Position numbers and translations under genes: made by a program. The notes beneath the pieces were generated by a model, which was not told the origin of the DNA, did no database searches, and saw only the letters and a list, made by a program, of their open reading frames with translations. Shown piece after piece: positions 1-8,827 of a stretch of DNA of 64,000 nucleotides (position 1 is the stretch's first letter; each line of letters begins with the position of its first letter). This stretch comes from an uncultured SAR86 cluster bacterium (GTDB lineage Bacteria > Pseudomonadota > Gammaproteobacteria > Magnimaribacterales > D2472): assembly GCA_902512655.1 (NCBI GenBank), contig CABXJR010000001.1, positions 51,896 to 115,895 on the forward strand. Direction: 5' to 3'.

Positions 1-600
1 AGCATTAGGTAAATTAAATGCTGCAATTGGCATCATCATTAAACCACCAAAAAGCATAGACCAACCGATTAGAACTTTTTTATTTGAATTAGAGTGATAT
101 TTTTGTAAATAAGTTGCATTAAAGGCATAACAGATAGAACCAATTAAGGCGCATATGCTTGCAAGAATCGTCGTTGATCCATTGGCAGGATTAACTAATA
201 TTAATATTCCGATAAATCCAAGACCTAGACCAATCACCTGCTTTGTTGAAATAGATTCATTTAACCAAAAATACGCAATGACAGTTGTAATGAATGCAGT
301 GGTCCCATTCAATATGCCAAGCATATTAGATGTGGCACCAAGAGAAGCAAATGCAAAAAGCGTAAATGGCAAAGCATTACTAATTATTGCAATAATAAAA
401 ATTCCAGGTAAGTGAGATTTAAACAATAATCTATATTTACGCCTTAATAAAAGCGGCATGAATACTAAACCTGCTATAAGTAATCTTAAAGTGACTAATA
501 AAATAGGCCCAAAATCTACAGCTGAGATTTTAATAAACATAAAAGCGCTTCCCCAAATTGCTGCCAAGGCAATAAGCAAGATCCAATCTTTGAATTCCAT
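1..600 (-). CDS. DMT/EamA-family transporter (partial; C-terminal part runs off the window)
   Basis: Not in the ORF track because no stop lies in the window. My manual minus-strand translation from ATG at 600-598 gives MEFKDWILLIALAAIWGSAFMFIKISAVDFGPILLVTLRLLIAGLVFMPLLLRRKY..., open to position 1. The hydrophobic repeat pattern is typical of EamA domains. The + strand ORFs 155-415 and 458-655 are its antisense shadows. Confidence 0.75.
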   Translation of the reverse strand, partial: MEFKDWILLIALAAIWGSAFMFIKISAVDFGPILLVTLRLLIAGLVFMPLLLRRKYRLLFKSHLPGIFIIAIISNALPFTLFAFASLGATSNMLGILNGTTAFITTVIAYFWLNESISTKQVIGLGLGFIGILILVNPANGSTTILASICALIGSICYAFNATYLQKYHSNSNKKVLIGWSMLFGGLMMMPIAAFNLPNA

Positions 601-680
601 AATCAAATTTAGAGGTAAAAAGTTTGTGAATTTTAAACTAATAGAAAAAGTTTAGGGGAATAATTTAAATATAAATTACT

Positions 681-708
681 AAAAAAGAAGCCTCTCGAAA
701 GAGGCTTC
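681..708 (-). terminator. Rho-independent terminator (GAAGCCTCT-ttcg-AGAGGCTTC followed by T6 on the minus strand)
   Basis: Perfect 9-bp GC-rich stem (687-695 / 700-708) with a 4-nt loop. The A6 run at 681-686 is a U-tract only on the minus strand. It lies about 80 nt upstream of the transporter ATG. Confidence 0.7.
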
Positions 709-892
709 AAACTATCAGAGTTAGATAAGTCTGATAGGCGAATTCGGAAATTCACCTCTTGTCAAAAGGCGAACCCTCCGTTTCCTAATTTAATATAAAT
801 ACTAATAAGATCACCTCCTGCGCAAGGGTATTAAAACAAGCACAAACAAATCCCCTTAGTAATCTGTGTATGCGACATTTAATTAAATTATA
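709..892 (-). promoter_or_regulatory. Candidate structured 5' leader (attenuator or riboswitch-like) of the DMT transporter gene
   Basis: Minus strand carries a TATAAT hexamer (892-887), a 15-codon uORF (878-831), AGGAGGTGATC (819-809), and a perfect 8-bp hairpin CTATCAGA-N10-TCTGATAG (737-712) directly before the terminator. The class is not recognised. Confidence 0.35.
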
Positions 893-943
893 TAGTGAAA
901 TCCTTTAAATTTAATACTGTTTTAATGGGATAAATGTATCTAT

Positions 944-1177
944 TTAATGCAATAATTCTGGTTGATAATATTCAGCACTCTCAACCAAGCTAAGATTGAT
1001 AGATTCACTCTCTTTTGACTCTTGAATGCTATTAATATCTAGATATTGAATGGCTTTTTGTAAATCTGCACCGAAATATTTAAATGCTATAGTTTTCAAG
1101 CCTGCACTTTTATCTACAAACGCCTCATACTCGTTAAAGATTGGATCTAAAGGGTTTAAATATATTAAATTATTCAT
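944..1177 (-). CDS. Hypothetical 77-aa acidic protein
   Basis: ORF track. No family recognised. A LexA-type box lies 11 nt upstream of its ATG. Confidence 0.45.
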   Translation of the reverse strand: MNNLIYLNPLDPIFNEYEAFVDKSAGLKTIAFKYFGADLQKAIQYLDINSIQESKESESINLSLVESAEYYQPELLH

Positions 1178-1187
1178 AATATTATAT

Positions 1188-1207
1188 TACTGTATATTTA
1201 TACAGTA
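1188..1207. promoter_or_regulatory. LexA (SOS) box, TACTGTATATTTATACAGTA
   Basis: Perfect CTGT-N8-ACAG palindrome with an AT-only spacer and the flanking TA/TA of the 20-bp gammaproteobacterial consensus TACTGTATATATATACAGTA (19/20 by eye). It sits in the divergent intergenic region between the genes starting at 1177(-) and 1276(+). Confidence 0.7.
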
Positions 1208-1275
1208 TTAAATAACATTATTAAAACTAAGTCAACTATTGGCTAAAAATGATTAATCAACCAAAATAGTTATAA

Positions 1276-1788
1276 ATGAGTGGTAGCACCAACATCAACG
1301 AAAGAATTGAAAGAATTCAGGCAATAAACAATATTAAAAATTTAAAATTCAAATATTGGAATGCCTGCGATTCAAAAAAACCTGCTGATATCCTTGACTG
1401 TTTTTACTCTGAAAATATTTATATAAATTTTGAAGATTTTGGTATCTTCTCTTCAGCACAAGACATGGTGAAAAAATATGAATTTTATTCCTGTCATCCC
1501 CATCTGATTGAGCAACACACAGGCAAAAACCCAATTATTAAATTATTATCAAGCAACGAAGCTTCAGGATTTTGGTCTATGTCATATAGTTTAATCGATA
1601 CTCTTAAAAATATAGGCTTAAATATTACTGGTACATACGAAGACCTATATGTTTGTAATGAAAATAACAATTGGCTCATTAAGGAGACGGTTTTTAAAAA
1701 AAGAACCAGTATGTATAGATCAGTATCTTCTGGCCAATGTTCCAACCCGAGGCTTGCAAGAAGCCTAGGAGCTAAAAAGACTATCTAG
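1276..1788 (+). CDS. SnoaL-like / NTF2-superfamily protein
   Basis: The N-terminal pattern [33 protein letters not shown] is typical of SnoaL_4/NTF2-like domains. The C-terminal 8 codons overlap the convergent VOC gene. Confidence 0.55.
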   Translation: MSGSTNINERIERIQAINNIKNLKFKYWNACDSKKPADILDCFYSENIYINFEDFGIFSSAQDMVKKYEFYSCHPHLIEQHTGKNPIIKLLSSNEASGFWSMSYSLIDTLKNIGLNITGTYEDLYVCNENNNWLIKETVFKKRTSMYRSVSSGQCSNPRLARSLGAKKTI

Positions 1789-2178
1789 GTTTTTAAAGGC
1801 TTTAAATTCAAGGGCGTTTCCACAAGGGTCTCTAAGGAACATGGTTCGCTGTTCCCCTGATTCACCAGCAAAACGAATTTTAGGTTCGATAACAAAAGAT
1901 TGATTCTTCTTCTTTAACTGGTCGGCAAGAATTTCAAATTGATCGAAACTCAAGATAACTCCAAAATGTGGGACTGGAACGTCATCTCCATCAACGGGGT
2001 TTGTATTTACTGATGGAGTTTTTTCAACATAGTGACAAACTAGTTGATGACCGAATAAGTTAAAATCAATCCAATGATCACTTGCTCTGCCTCTCTGACA
2101 CCCAAGTATGTTTTCATAAAAGTCAGTTGCTTTAACTAAATCATTGACAGGTATAGCTAAGTGAAATGGATTCTTCAT
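1765..2178 (-). CDS. VOC (glyoxalase/bleomycin-resistance/dioxygenase) family protein
   Basis: [31 protein letters not shown] and a C-terminal [12 protein letters not shown] are the characteristic VOC beta-alpha-beta-beta-beta module motifs. Confidence 0.8.
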   Translation of the reverse strand: MKNPFHLAIPVNDLVKATDFYENILGCQRGRASDHWIDFNLFGHQLVCHYVEKTPSVNTNPVDGDDVPVPHFGVILSFDQFEILADQLKKKNQSFVIEPKIRFAGESGEQRTMFLRDPCGNALEFKAFKNLDSLFSS

Positions 2179-2241
2179 GCTTAAATGTTTGGTTGACTGG
2201 TAAAATCAATATACTACATTAGGCAAATGAATATTATCTAC

Positions 2242-2820
2242 TTAGCTTTTAGATTGAGATTGCTGCAAAACTGGTTTAAGAAACGTTGCTAAGAAGATAA
2301 AAACAACCAAAACTCCAAGCATATCTCCAACAAAAAATCTAAGAACCTGGTTTATGTCTGCATCCACTGGCTCAAAATTTGCGTGAATTTGAGATAAGTA
2401 AACATTTACCAGCAATGCATTAAAAAATGCAGAGATCATTGTTATCAAACCTATGTGTTTATAATTTCTTTTATTTAGAGGACTTTGAATGGTTGTTCCA
2501 AGCGGGAATCCGAAAAATTTTAAAGCATATAATGCAGCTGAAACTGATAAAACGCTTATAGCTGATGGAATCCATAATGCAAAATTATATGCATCTTCTG
2601 CCAAATAATATGGGCCCCACAGCTCTGCCAAATAGAGACCAGGTATAGATCTCCAGCCAAAATATACCACCATCAAAACTCTTGCAGCATGGGGTAAATA
2701 CATAAGGCTTCCCATCCAGTTGGGAACAATTCCAGATTGAACCGTAAAAAAAGACCACATAATCCATAACACTGATGAAAAAACAAAAGCTGTTAGAGAA
2801 TAAATAAATAAATTTTTCAC
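2242..2820 (-). CDS. Hypothetical polytopic inner-membrane protein (about 6 TM)
   Basis: ORF track. Hydrophobic segments throughout. No family recognised. Confidence 0.55.
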   Translation of the reverse strand: MKNLFIYSLTAFVFSSVLWIMWSFFTVQSGIVPNWMGSLMYLPHAARVLMVVYFGWRSIPGLYLAELWGPYYLAEDAYNFALWIPSAISVLSVSAALYALKFFGFPLGTTIQSPLNKRNYKHIGLITMISAFFNALLVNVYLSQIHANFEPVDADINQVLRFFVGDMLGVLVVFIFLATFLKPVLQQSQSKS

Positions 2821-2847
2821 TCTTGCACTTCTATTAAAGTGATATTC

Positions 2848-3144
2848 TTAAGGAAAGCTATTTAAAACTACCAATGACTCGCGACCATCTTCTTCAGATT
2901 TATAGAGATTGATAACTCCTTCTGTAGATAATTTCTTTAAGGTTTTATAGACAGTAGAGCGTGACATACCAGAATTTTGAACAATTTCGCTGATATTTTA
3001 GCCCTCTTCATTATCCGCTGAGCGAAGAATAATTGTATGAAAAACCTTTAGCTCATTTGGGGTGAAATGCCTTATATTTAGATCTTTCTCCATACCAGAA
3101 AGCATGTTAAGGGCATCACTGATATTTTTATAAAATTCTTCCAT
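2848..3144 (-). pseudogene. MarR-like winged-helix regulator interrupted by one in-frame TAA
   Basis: Manual translation: MEEFYKNISDALNMLSGMEKDLNIRHFTPNELKVFHTIILRSADNEEG*NISEIVQNSGMSRSTVYKTLKKLSTEGVINLYKSEEDGRESLVVLNSFP*. The stop codon is at 3000-2998 (codon 49). The HTH (ISEIVQNSGMSRSTVYKTLKKL) lies after the stop and stays in frame. Both halves are under 60 aa, so they are absent from the ORF track. Confidence 0.6.
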
Positions 3145-3234
3145 AATTAGCTATGATAATTTATTTACTTTAATGTAATGCAAGAAATTTGTCACATGAT
3201 TATCATCTTTTGAAGATAGAATGTCTTAGATAAC

Positions 3235-3324
3235 TGGCGGAGAGACGGGGATTCGAACCCCGGAACCAGTTGCCCAGTTACTACCTTTCCAAGGTAGCGC
3301 AATCGACCACTCTGCCATCTCTCC
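3235..3324 (-). tRNA. tRNA-Ser (anticodon GGA)
   Basis: The reverse complement GGAGAGATGGCAGAGTGG...CTACCTTGGAAAGGTAG...CGGGGTTCGAATCCCCGTCTCTCCGCCA has a 7-bp acceptor stem, anticodon loop TTGGAAA, a long variable arm, a T-arm and an encoded CCA. Confidence 0.95.
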
Positions 3325-3405
3325 TGCGATTGGTAAAGCATTTTACATTAACTACAATTTTTTGGGTGTAAGTTAGGGGGTAAGTTTTTTCTAGATGAAG
3401 TAAGA

Positions 3406-3696
3406 TTGAATCAACTTTATTTTTTAGGAGAGATTATGGGGCGGTTATTAAAAACATTAAGTAAATTATTAAGTGTGATAACTCTAATTTTAATTTTACT
3501 GATAATTCTTGGTTCAATATTTTCAGATCAAGTTAGAAGTAATGTTGTGACTCTGGTTGATATTCTTGGTTCTTCTGGATTACAAGGATTGGCAGTTGCT
3601 ATCTTCCTTTTGTATATGATGAGAGAAGTCCCAAGTCAATTTGGCAAGCTTATAAAAGCAAAGGGATTTAATAAGAAATTTTGGGACAGTCTATAA
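3406..3696 (+). CDS. Small hypothetical membrane protein
   Basis: ORF track. Two hydrophobic helices. The listed start is TTG; an ATG 10 codons in (3436) is an alternative. Confidence 0.4.
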   Translation: MNQLYFLGEIMGRLLKTLSKLLSVITLILILLIILGSIFSDQVRSNVVTLVDILGSSGLQGLAVAIFLLYMMREVPSQFGKLIKAKGFNKKFWDSL

Positions 3697-3845
3697 AATA
3701 GATGATCATGGTAATTGGAATAACAATTTTCTTAGTTGGCACTGCCCTATAGTTGATTCGATGTATTATTAAGACATAAAGGAGAGATTATGGATGAAGA
3801 AGATAAAGCTCTTGCAGAAGATCTTAACTCTATTAGATTAGATAA

Positions 3846-4577
3846 TTACTGGCTAAAATCTCTAAAATTTTTAAATATCAGATTTTTTGAAGTTGATCTT
3901 ATTGGATTGATATCAATACCACCTCTTCTTAGAAATTTTCCATACACAGTCAAATCATCAATTTCAAAATCATCTCTTAATGATATAAAAATAGACTCAA
4001 TACAAGCTTCATGAAATTCACCTTTGTTTCTATATGATTTCAAAAATTTAATTAATTTCTTTGAATCCATGGGGTCAGACATGGAGTGAATATAAATATT
4101 ACCCCAGTCGGGTTGAGACGTCACAGGGCATATAGATCTAAAACCTTGAAAGTGCATAACCTTATTCTTTGGCACTTTATTTCTAAATTTTGAAATATGG
4201 GTGGAATTCGGAGCATCATCAAATCTATTTAGTTTTCTAACTGTAACTGAGGAATTTAAAAGTTTACTTAAATCTTTTTTAATTAACTTATATGCGTTAG
4301 CAGAATTACTAAATTTTTTATTATAAAAAGATGCTAAATAAAGTTTTAAAGATTTTGATTCAACCGTAAGTGCAGAGTGCATTGAAATTTTAATTTCTAA
4401 TGCTTCGATTATTGGAAGATTCCTTGAATTAAGATATGAGAATTCGTAAGCATTCCAATAATCCAATCCAAAAAATTTATTTAAGTGCTGATTATTTCTA
4501 GGAATAGAGTCTAGAAAATCTGGAGAGTAAGAATCAAGTTTTGGTGTAGATTGCTGTCCTAGATATTTAATCTTCAC
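3846..4577 (-). CDS. queF: NADPH-dependent 7-cyano-7-deazaguanine (preQ0) reductase
   Basis: QueF motif VESKSLKLYL (E-S/L-K-S-h-K-L-Y), catalytic Cys context ICPVTSQPDWG, and C-terminal GEFHEACIE. Confidence 0.9.
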   Translation of the reverse strand: MKIKYLGQQSTPKLDSYSPDFLDSIPRNNQHLNKFFGLDYWNAYEFSYLNSRNLPIIEALEIKISMHSALTVESKSLKLYLASFYNKKFSNSANAYKLIKKDLSKLLNSSVTVRKLNRFDDAPNSTHISKFRNKVPKNKVMHFQGFRSICPVTSQPDWGNIYIHSMSDPMDSKKLIKFLKSYRNKGEFHEACIESIFISLRDDFEIDDLTVYGKFLRRGGIDINPIRSTSKNLIFKNFRDFSQ

Positions 4578-5353
4578 TGGCGAGTTCCAACCCCTCTATG
4601 CAAAAGAAATAAACATGCTGAGGTGAGACCAGCTATAAAAAAAATAATCATTGATAATGCAAATGGAATAGATACATCGCTTACTCCTAGCATACCTTCC
4701 CTAAAGGTATTGACAACATATAGCATTGGATTTGCCATAGAGATATTTCTCCAAAGATCAGGGAGTATGTTGATAGAATAAAATACACCCCCCAGGTAAA
4801 TTAAGGGCGTAAGGACAAAAGTGGGGATGATAGAAATATCATCAAAACTATCTGCAAAAATAGCATTGATAAAACCCATCAATGAAAACAATATAGCTGT
4901 TAAAAACAAAACTGAAATCGTTAGCAATGGGTTAACAATTGTGAAAGATGGGTAAAAGAAAAGGCTGACACAAAAAACTATACAACCAATTAAGACGCCG
5001 CGAGAAACTCCACCCATTATAAAACCAACCAATATAGCCCAATTTGGCATTGGAGACACAAGCAATTCTTCAATAGATTTTTGAAATTTAACAGAGTAAA
5101 AAGAAGAAACAACATTTGCATATGAATTTGTGATGACAGACATCATGATTAGCCCAGGTATCATAAACTGAATATAATCGAGTCCGTCCATGGTTCCAAT
5201 TCTAGGACCAATTAGGGATCCAAAGATTACAAAATACAGGGACATGGTAACTGCCGGTGGCACCAATGTTTGCACCCAAATCCTTAAAAAGCGTTTAATC
5301 TCTTTTCTAATAAGAGTGATCAGAGAAACTAATATTTCATTTCTTCTTTTCAT
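4574..5353 (-). CDS. ABC-2 type transporter permease (YadH-like)
   Basis: 259 aa, six hydrophobic segments, ABC-2 family look. A 4-nt overlap with the upstream ATPase gene. Confidence 0.8.
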   Translation of the reverse strand: MKRRNEILVSLITLIRKEIKRFLRIWVQTLVPPAVTMSLYFVIFGSLIGPRIGTMDGLDYIQFMIPGLIMMSVITNSYANVVSSFYSVKFQKSIEELLVSPMPNWAILVGFIMGGVSRGVLIGCIVFCVSLFFYPSFTIVNPLLTISVLFLTAILFSLMGFINAIFADSFDDISIIPTFVLTPLIYLGGVFYSINILPDLWRNISMANPMLYVVNTFREGMLGVSDVSIPFALSMIIFFIAGLTSACLFLLHRGVGTRQ

Positions 5354-6273
5354 GTTAAATTCTTTTTCACCATTTCAATAAACATTTCTTCGAGCCTATT
5401 TGATTCATTTCGCATCGACGAAACATTTATGCCAAGGGCTGATAATTGGTCAAAGAGATGATTGATGGATTGATCTTTTTTAATCGCAACATTTAGGGTT
5501 GTTGGATCTTCAAGTGTGATTTGAAAATTAGGAATAGAAGGTGGTTGATCAAGAGATCTATCTATATCTAAAAGAAATCCTTGAACGTCCAACCTGCTTA
5601 AAAGATCTTTCATTGAAGTGTTTTCAATTAGCTCACCATGATCAATGATGGCGATGTTCTTACATAATTGTTCTGCTTCTTCCAGGTAGTGAGTGGTTAA
5701 AATAATAGTAGTGCCCTGAGCATTGATCTCTTTTAAAAACTCCCACATCTCTCGCCTAAGTTCGATATCAACACCTGCTGTAGGCTCATCAAGTATTAAG
5801 AGTTTTGGTTCATGAATTAATGCCTTTGCAATCATTAGCCTGCGCTTAAACCCGCCAGATAATGTTCGTGCTTGTTCATTGCGCTTTTCCCACAAACCAA
5901 GACGCTTGAGAGTAATCTCAGTTTTTAGCTTAGAATCTTTTAGTGGAATACCGTAAAAACCTGCTTGAGTGGTAACAATATCAATAACTTTCTCAAAATT
6001 ATTAAAATTTATTTCTTGTGAAACAACACCAAGCAAGCGTTTTGCTTCTGCAAAATTTTCATCAGTATCAATATCAAAGATTTTTACTTTACCAGCGCTC
6101 TTAGTGACCAACGATGCGATAATTCCAATTGTGGAAGATTTTCCGGCTCCATTTGGTCCTAGCAATGCAAAGAAATCTCCTTCTTTTACAGAAAGATTAA
6201 TCCCTTTTAAGGCAACAACATCAGAATCATATGTTTTTTTAAGATCAGTGATCTCAAGAGCAAATTGACTCAT
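5350..6273 (-). CDS. ABC transporter ATP-binding protein (YadG-like)
   Basis: Walker A GPNGAGKSS, signature LSGGFKRRL, Walker B LLILDEPTAGVD, H-loop TTHYLEEA. Confidence 0.9.
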   Translation of the reverse strand: MSQFALEITDLKKTYDSDVVALKGINLSVKEGDFFALLGPNGAGKSSTIGIIASLVTKSAGKVKIFDIDTDENFAEAKRLLGVVSQEINFNNFEKVIDIVTTQAGFYGIPLKDSKLKTEITLKRLGLWEKRNEQARTLSGGFKRRLMIAKALIHEPKLLILDEPTAGVDIELRREMWEFLKEINAQGTTIILTTHYLEEAEQLCKNIAIIDHGELIENTSMKDLLSRLDVQGFLLDIDRSLDQPPSIPNFQITLEDPTTLNVAIKKDQSINHLFDQLSALGINVSSMRNESNRLEEMFIEMVKKNLT

Positions 6274-7655
6274 GCGCCCTCTTCTTCAAATCCATCGACA
6301 AAAACTGCCAACAACAAACCTATGAGAAGACCCACCCAAGCACTATAAAAAGTAATGAAGAAAGCTATAAGCAGAGCTGTTGCCATTTCAGAATTCTTTT
6401 TTGGAATTGCCATGGCGACATAAGCACAGGCAAAACCAGTTAAGATTAATGTCAAGGTGAGAGCCATGACCATCAATGGCTGCATAAGAGTTACAAAAGG
6501 AAGAGTAAAATACAAAAATGGTATGCCCATTAAATAGTATGAGCCAATTCCATCAAAGATTGATGGCATGTGTTTATATCCTTTTTTCCATTGCTCGGCT
6601 ACAACAACATGAACTCCTGTCCATAGAGCTCCTTGAGTTGGAAAAAAAGGATTGATCAATGAGGCCAATAAATTTCTAATCCCAACAGAAAGATGTGACC
6701 TGTTAAGGTCAATAGGCAGTATCTCATCATCTCTGTGCTTTTGGGCATCTTTTAAGACTTCAGTTGCGGTAACTAGGTCTCCAAAAAGAAGCATGTAACC
6801 AATAATCACTAGTGGCAATGCATCGATATACATCTGCAATGAAGGTAAGCCAATATAAAGAGGGGAAGTTTTCTCAATTAAGCTAATAATTGCTGGGATT
6901 TTAAAACCCCACTCAATATTAAAAGTAAGTTCTCCTAGAAGGAAAGCTACCAAACCAGCTACTACAAATCCCGGTAATAACCCCAAAGAACCAATGACTT
7001 CAAAAAATTTATTTTTGGCTGCAATTCTTTTAAATGGATTAGAAAAAGTGGTGATGACGCAAAGAACAATTGCAACAGTCATGGATACAGGTTGCATAAG
7101 ATATGCTTCAAAATCCTCGAAAAATACTTGATAAAATGCTGCCAAGGCAGCTCCTAAGATAATTCCAGCTTTTAAGCCATTTGGTATTCTTTCAACCAAT
7201 AATTTACCCCAGCCAGTTAATCCAAGAATTAAAATTAAAGCAGTAAATTCAAAACACATTGCTGCCATGAATTGAAAGGCTTCTGGGTTGTATCTACAAA
7301 CACCATCAACACAAATATCTGATCCTTCGGTAGGAACTCCATAATAACCAGCTGCAGCCAATGCGCCCATTACGATAGGCACTGCTGGCGTAACCCATCC
7401 AGGTGCCATAGGCTCTCCAAAAATTAAAGGGCCAGCTGAAATAAAAGTTCCTGCAACCATACTGAGGGCTACCGCTTCTTCAAAGCTTAAGCCAAGCTTC
7501 ATAGCTAAAGGAGCAGCCGCAAACGCAGTAGCTCCAGAAATTACAAGTCCTTGAAGGAATTCTGGTGCTCTAAATTTAATGTGAATAAAGGGAATTCTTA
7601 GAGTAAATGGGCCCCATTTAATTCCATTGCTTTGCGAAGTGTTAATTGTATTCAT
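6270..7655 (-). CDS. Polytopic membrane protein, permease-like, function unknown
   Basis: 461 aa, at least 10 hydrophobic segments. 4-nt overlaps with both neighbours. No family recognised. Confidence 0.6.
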   Translation of the reverse strand: MNTINTSQSNGIKWGPFTLRIPFIHIKFRAPEFLQGLVISGATAFAAAPLAMKLGLSFEEAVALSMVAGTFISAGPLIFGEPMAPGWVTPAVPIVMGALAAAGYYGVPTEGSDICVDGVCRYNPEAFQFMAAMCFEFTALILILGLTGWGKLLVERIPNGLKAGIILGAALAAFYQVFFEDFEAYLMQPVSMTVAIVLCVITTFSNPFKRIAAKNKFFEVIGSLGLLPGFVVAGLVAFLLGELTFNIEWGFKIPAIISLIEKTSPLYIGLPSLQMYIDALPLVIIGYMLLFGDLVTATEVLKDAQKHRDDEILPIDLNRSHLSVGIRNLLASLINPFFPTQGALWTGVHVVVAEQWKKGYKHMPSIFDGIGSYYLMGIPFLYFTLPFVTLMQPLMVMALTLTLILTGFACAYVAMAIPKKNSEMATALLIAFFITFYSAWVGLLIGLLLAVFVDGFEEEGA

Positions 7656-8827
7656 TTTGATAGCTCTGACATCCCCTCTTCTAGTCCCTTTAAAGTTAAT
7701 GGAAACATTCGATTGCCCATCAACTCTCTAATAATACATAAAGAAGAGGTATAGTCCCAATGGTCATCAGGAACGGGGTTTAACCATGCCACTCTATCAA
7801 AATGATCACATAAACGTTTGATGGTTGCGCCACCAGGCTCTTCATTCCAATGCTCTATACTTCCTCCAGCGTTAGTAATTTCATAAGGAGCCATGGTGGC
7901 ATCACCTACAAAAATAACTTTATAGTCAGCGCTGTATTTATTAATAATATCTTGCACTAAGAATCTCTCTTGAGTTCTCCTTCTATTGTCTTCCCAGACT
8001 GATTCATAGACACAATTATGAAAGTAGAAATATTTTAAATGCTTAAATTCGGTCTTAAGAGCTGAAAAGAGCTCTTCACATAATTTAATATAAGGATCCA
8101 TTGATCCACCAACATCAAAAAAAATCAAAACCTTAACATGATTGGTTCTTTCAGGAATCATATTGATATCTAGTATTCCTGCATTTCTAGCAGTAGATTT
8201 GATTGTGCCATCCATGTCCAACTCATAATCTGTACTTTGGCGAGCAAACTTTCTTAATCTTCTGAGAGCCACTTTAATATTTCTGGTACCTATCTCAACC
8301 GAATCATCTAGATTCTGATACTGTCTTTGCTCCCAAACTTTAACAGCTTTTTTTTGACCGCCCTCTCCGCCTACTCTGACACCCTCTGGATTTTGACCAT
8401 TGTTACCAAAAGGTGAAGTGCCATTAGTTCCAATCCACTTATTTCCTCCCTCGTGCCTTTCTTTTTGCTCTTCAAGTCTTTTTTTAAATTCTTCGAGGAG
8501 TTTCTCTAAGCCACCCAAAGACTTAATTTTTTTTATTTCTTCGGGGTCCAATTCTTTTTCAAATGCTTTACGTAACCAATCTTCAGGTATCAGCGCTTCA
8601 AAAATATCCTCTAGGGTTTCGATGCCCTTAAAATAAATCTCAAAGGCTCGATCGAACTTATCATAATTCTTTTCATCTTTAACAAGAGTTGTTCTTGAAA
8701 GAAAATAAAAATCTTCCATATCAGCAAATGCAAGATTTTTTTCAAGTGCACCCAATAAATCAAGCAGCTCTCTTAGGGTGCAAGGAACACCAGAGGATCG
8801 GACAGTATGGAAAAGATTGATTAACAT
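7652..8827 (-). CDS. VWA domain protein, CoxE-like
   Basis: The N-terminus LFHTVRSSGVPCTLRELLDLLGAL..FDRAFEIYF resembles CoxE/COG3552. The C-terminal VWA region has a MIDAS-like FFDVGGSMDP. Confidence 0.75.
   Translation of the reverse strand: MLINLFHTVRSSGVPCTLRELLDLLGALEKNLAFADMEDFYFLSRTTLVKDEKNYDKFDRAFEIYFKGIETLEDIFEALIPEDWLRKAFEKELDPEEIKKIKSLGGLEKLLEEFKKRLEEQKERHEGGNKWIGTNGTSPFGNNGQNPEGVRVGGEGGQKKAVKVWEQRQYQNLDDSVEIGTRNIKVALRRLRKFARQSTDYELDMDGTIKSTARNAGILDINMIPERTNHVKVLIFFDVGGSMDPYIKLCEELFSALKTEFKHLKYFYFHNCVYESVWEDNRRRTQERFLVQDIINKYSADYKVIFVGDATMAPYEITNAGGSIEHWNEEPGGATIKRLCDHFDRVAWLNPVPDDHWDYTSSLCIIRELMGNRMFPLTLKGLEEGMSELSK

Noticed and set aside
155-655. Two + strand ORFs (155-415 and 458-655) from the track
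   Set aside because: They lie entirely antisense to a continuous, much more convincing EamA-type transporter frame that runs from 600 to 1 on the minus strand. Their low-complexity I/K/N-rich translations are typical of shadow ORFs in AT-rich DNA.
3790-4014. 74-aa + strand ORF, together with the many nested antisense ORFs in the track (e.g. 1349-1745, 5969-6268, 8400-8636, 12762-12974, 13593-13883, 19059-19476, 27435-27758, 33335-33610, 38280-38823, 43458-43840, 61805-62291)
   Set aside because: Each is fully embedded in, or antisense to, a longer ORF with clear family motifs. None shows a recognisable motif of its own.
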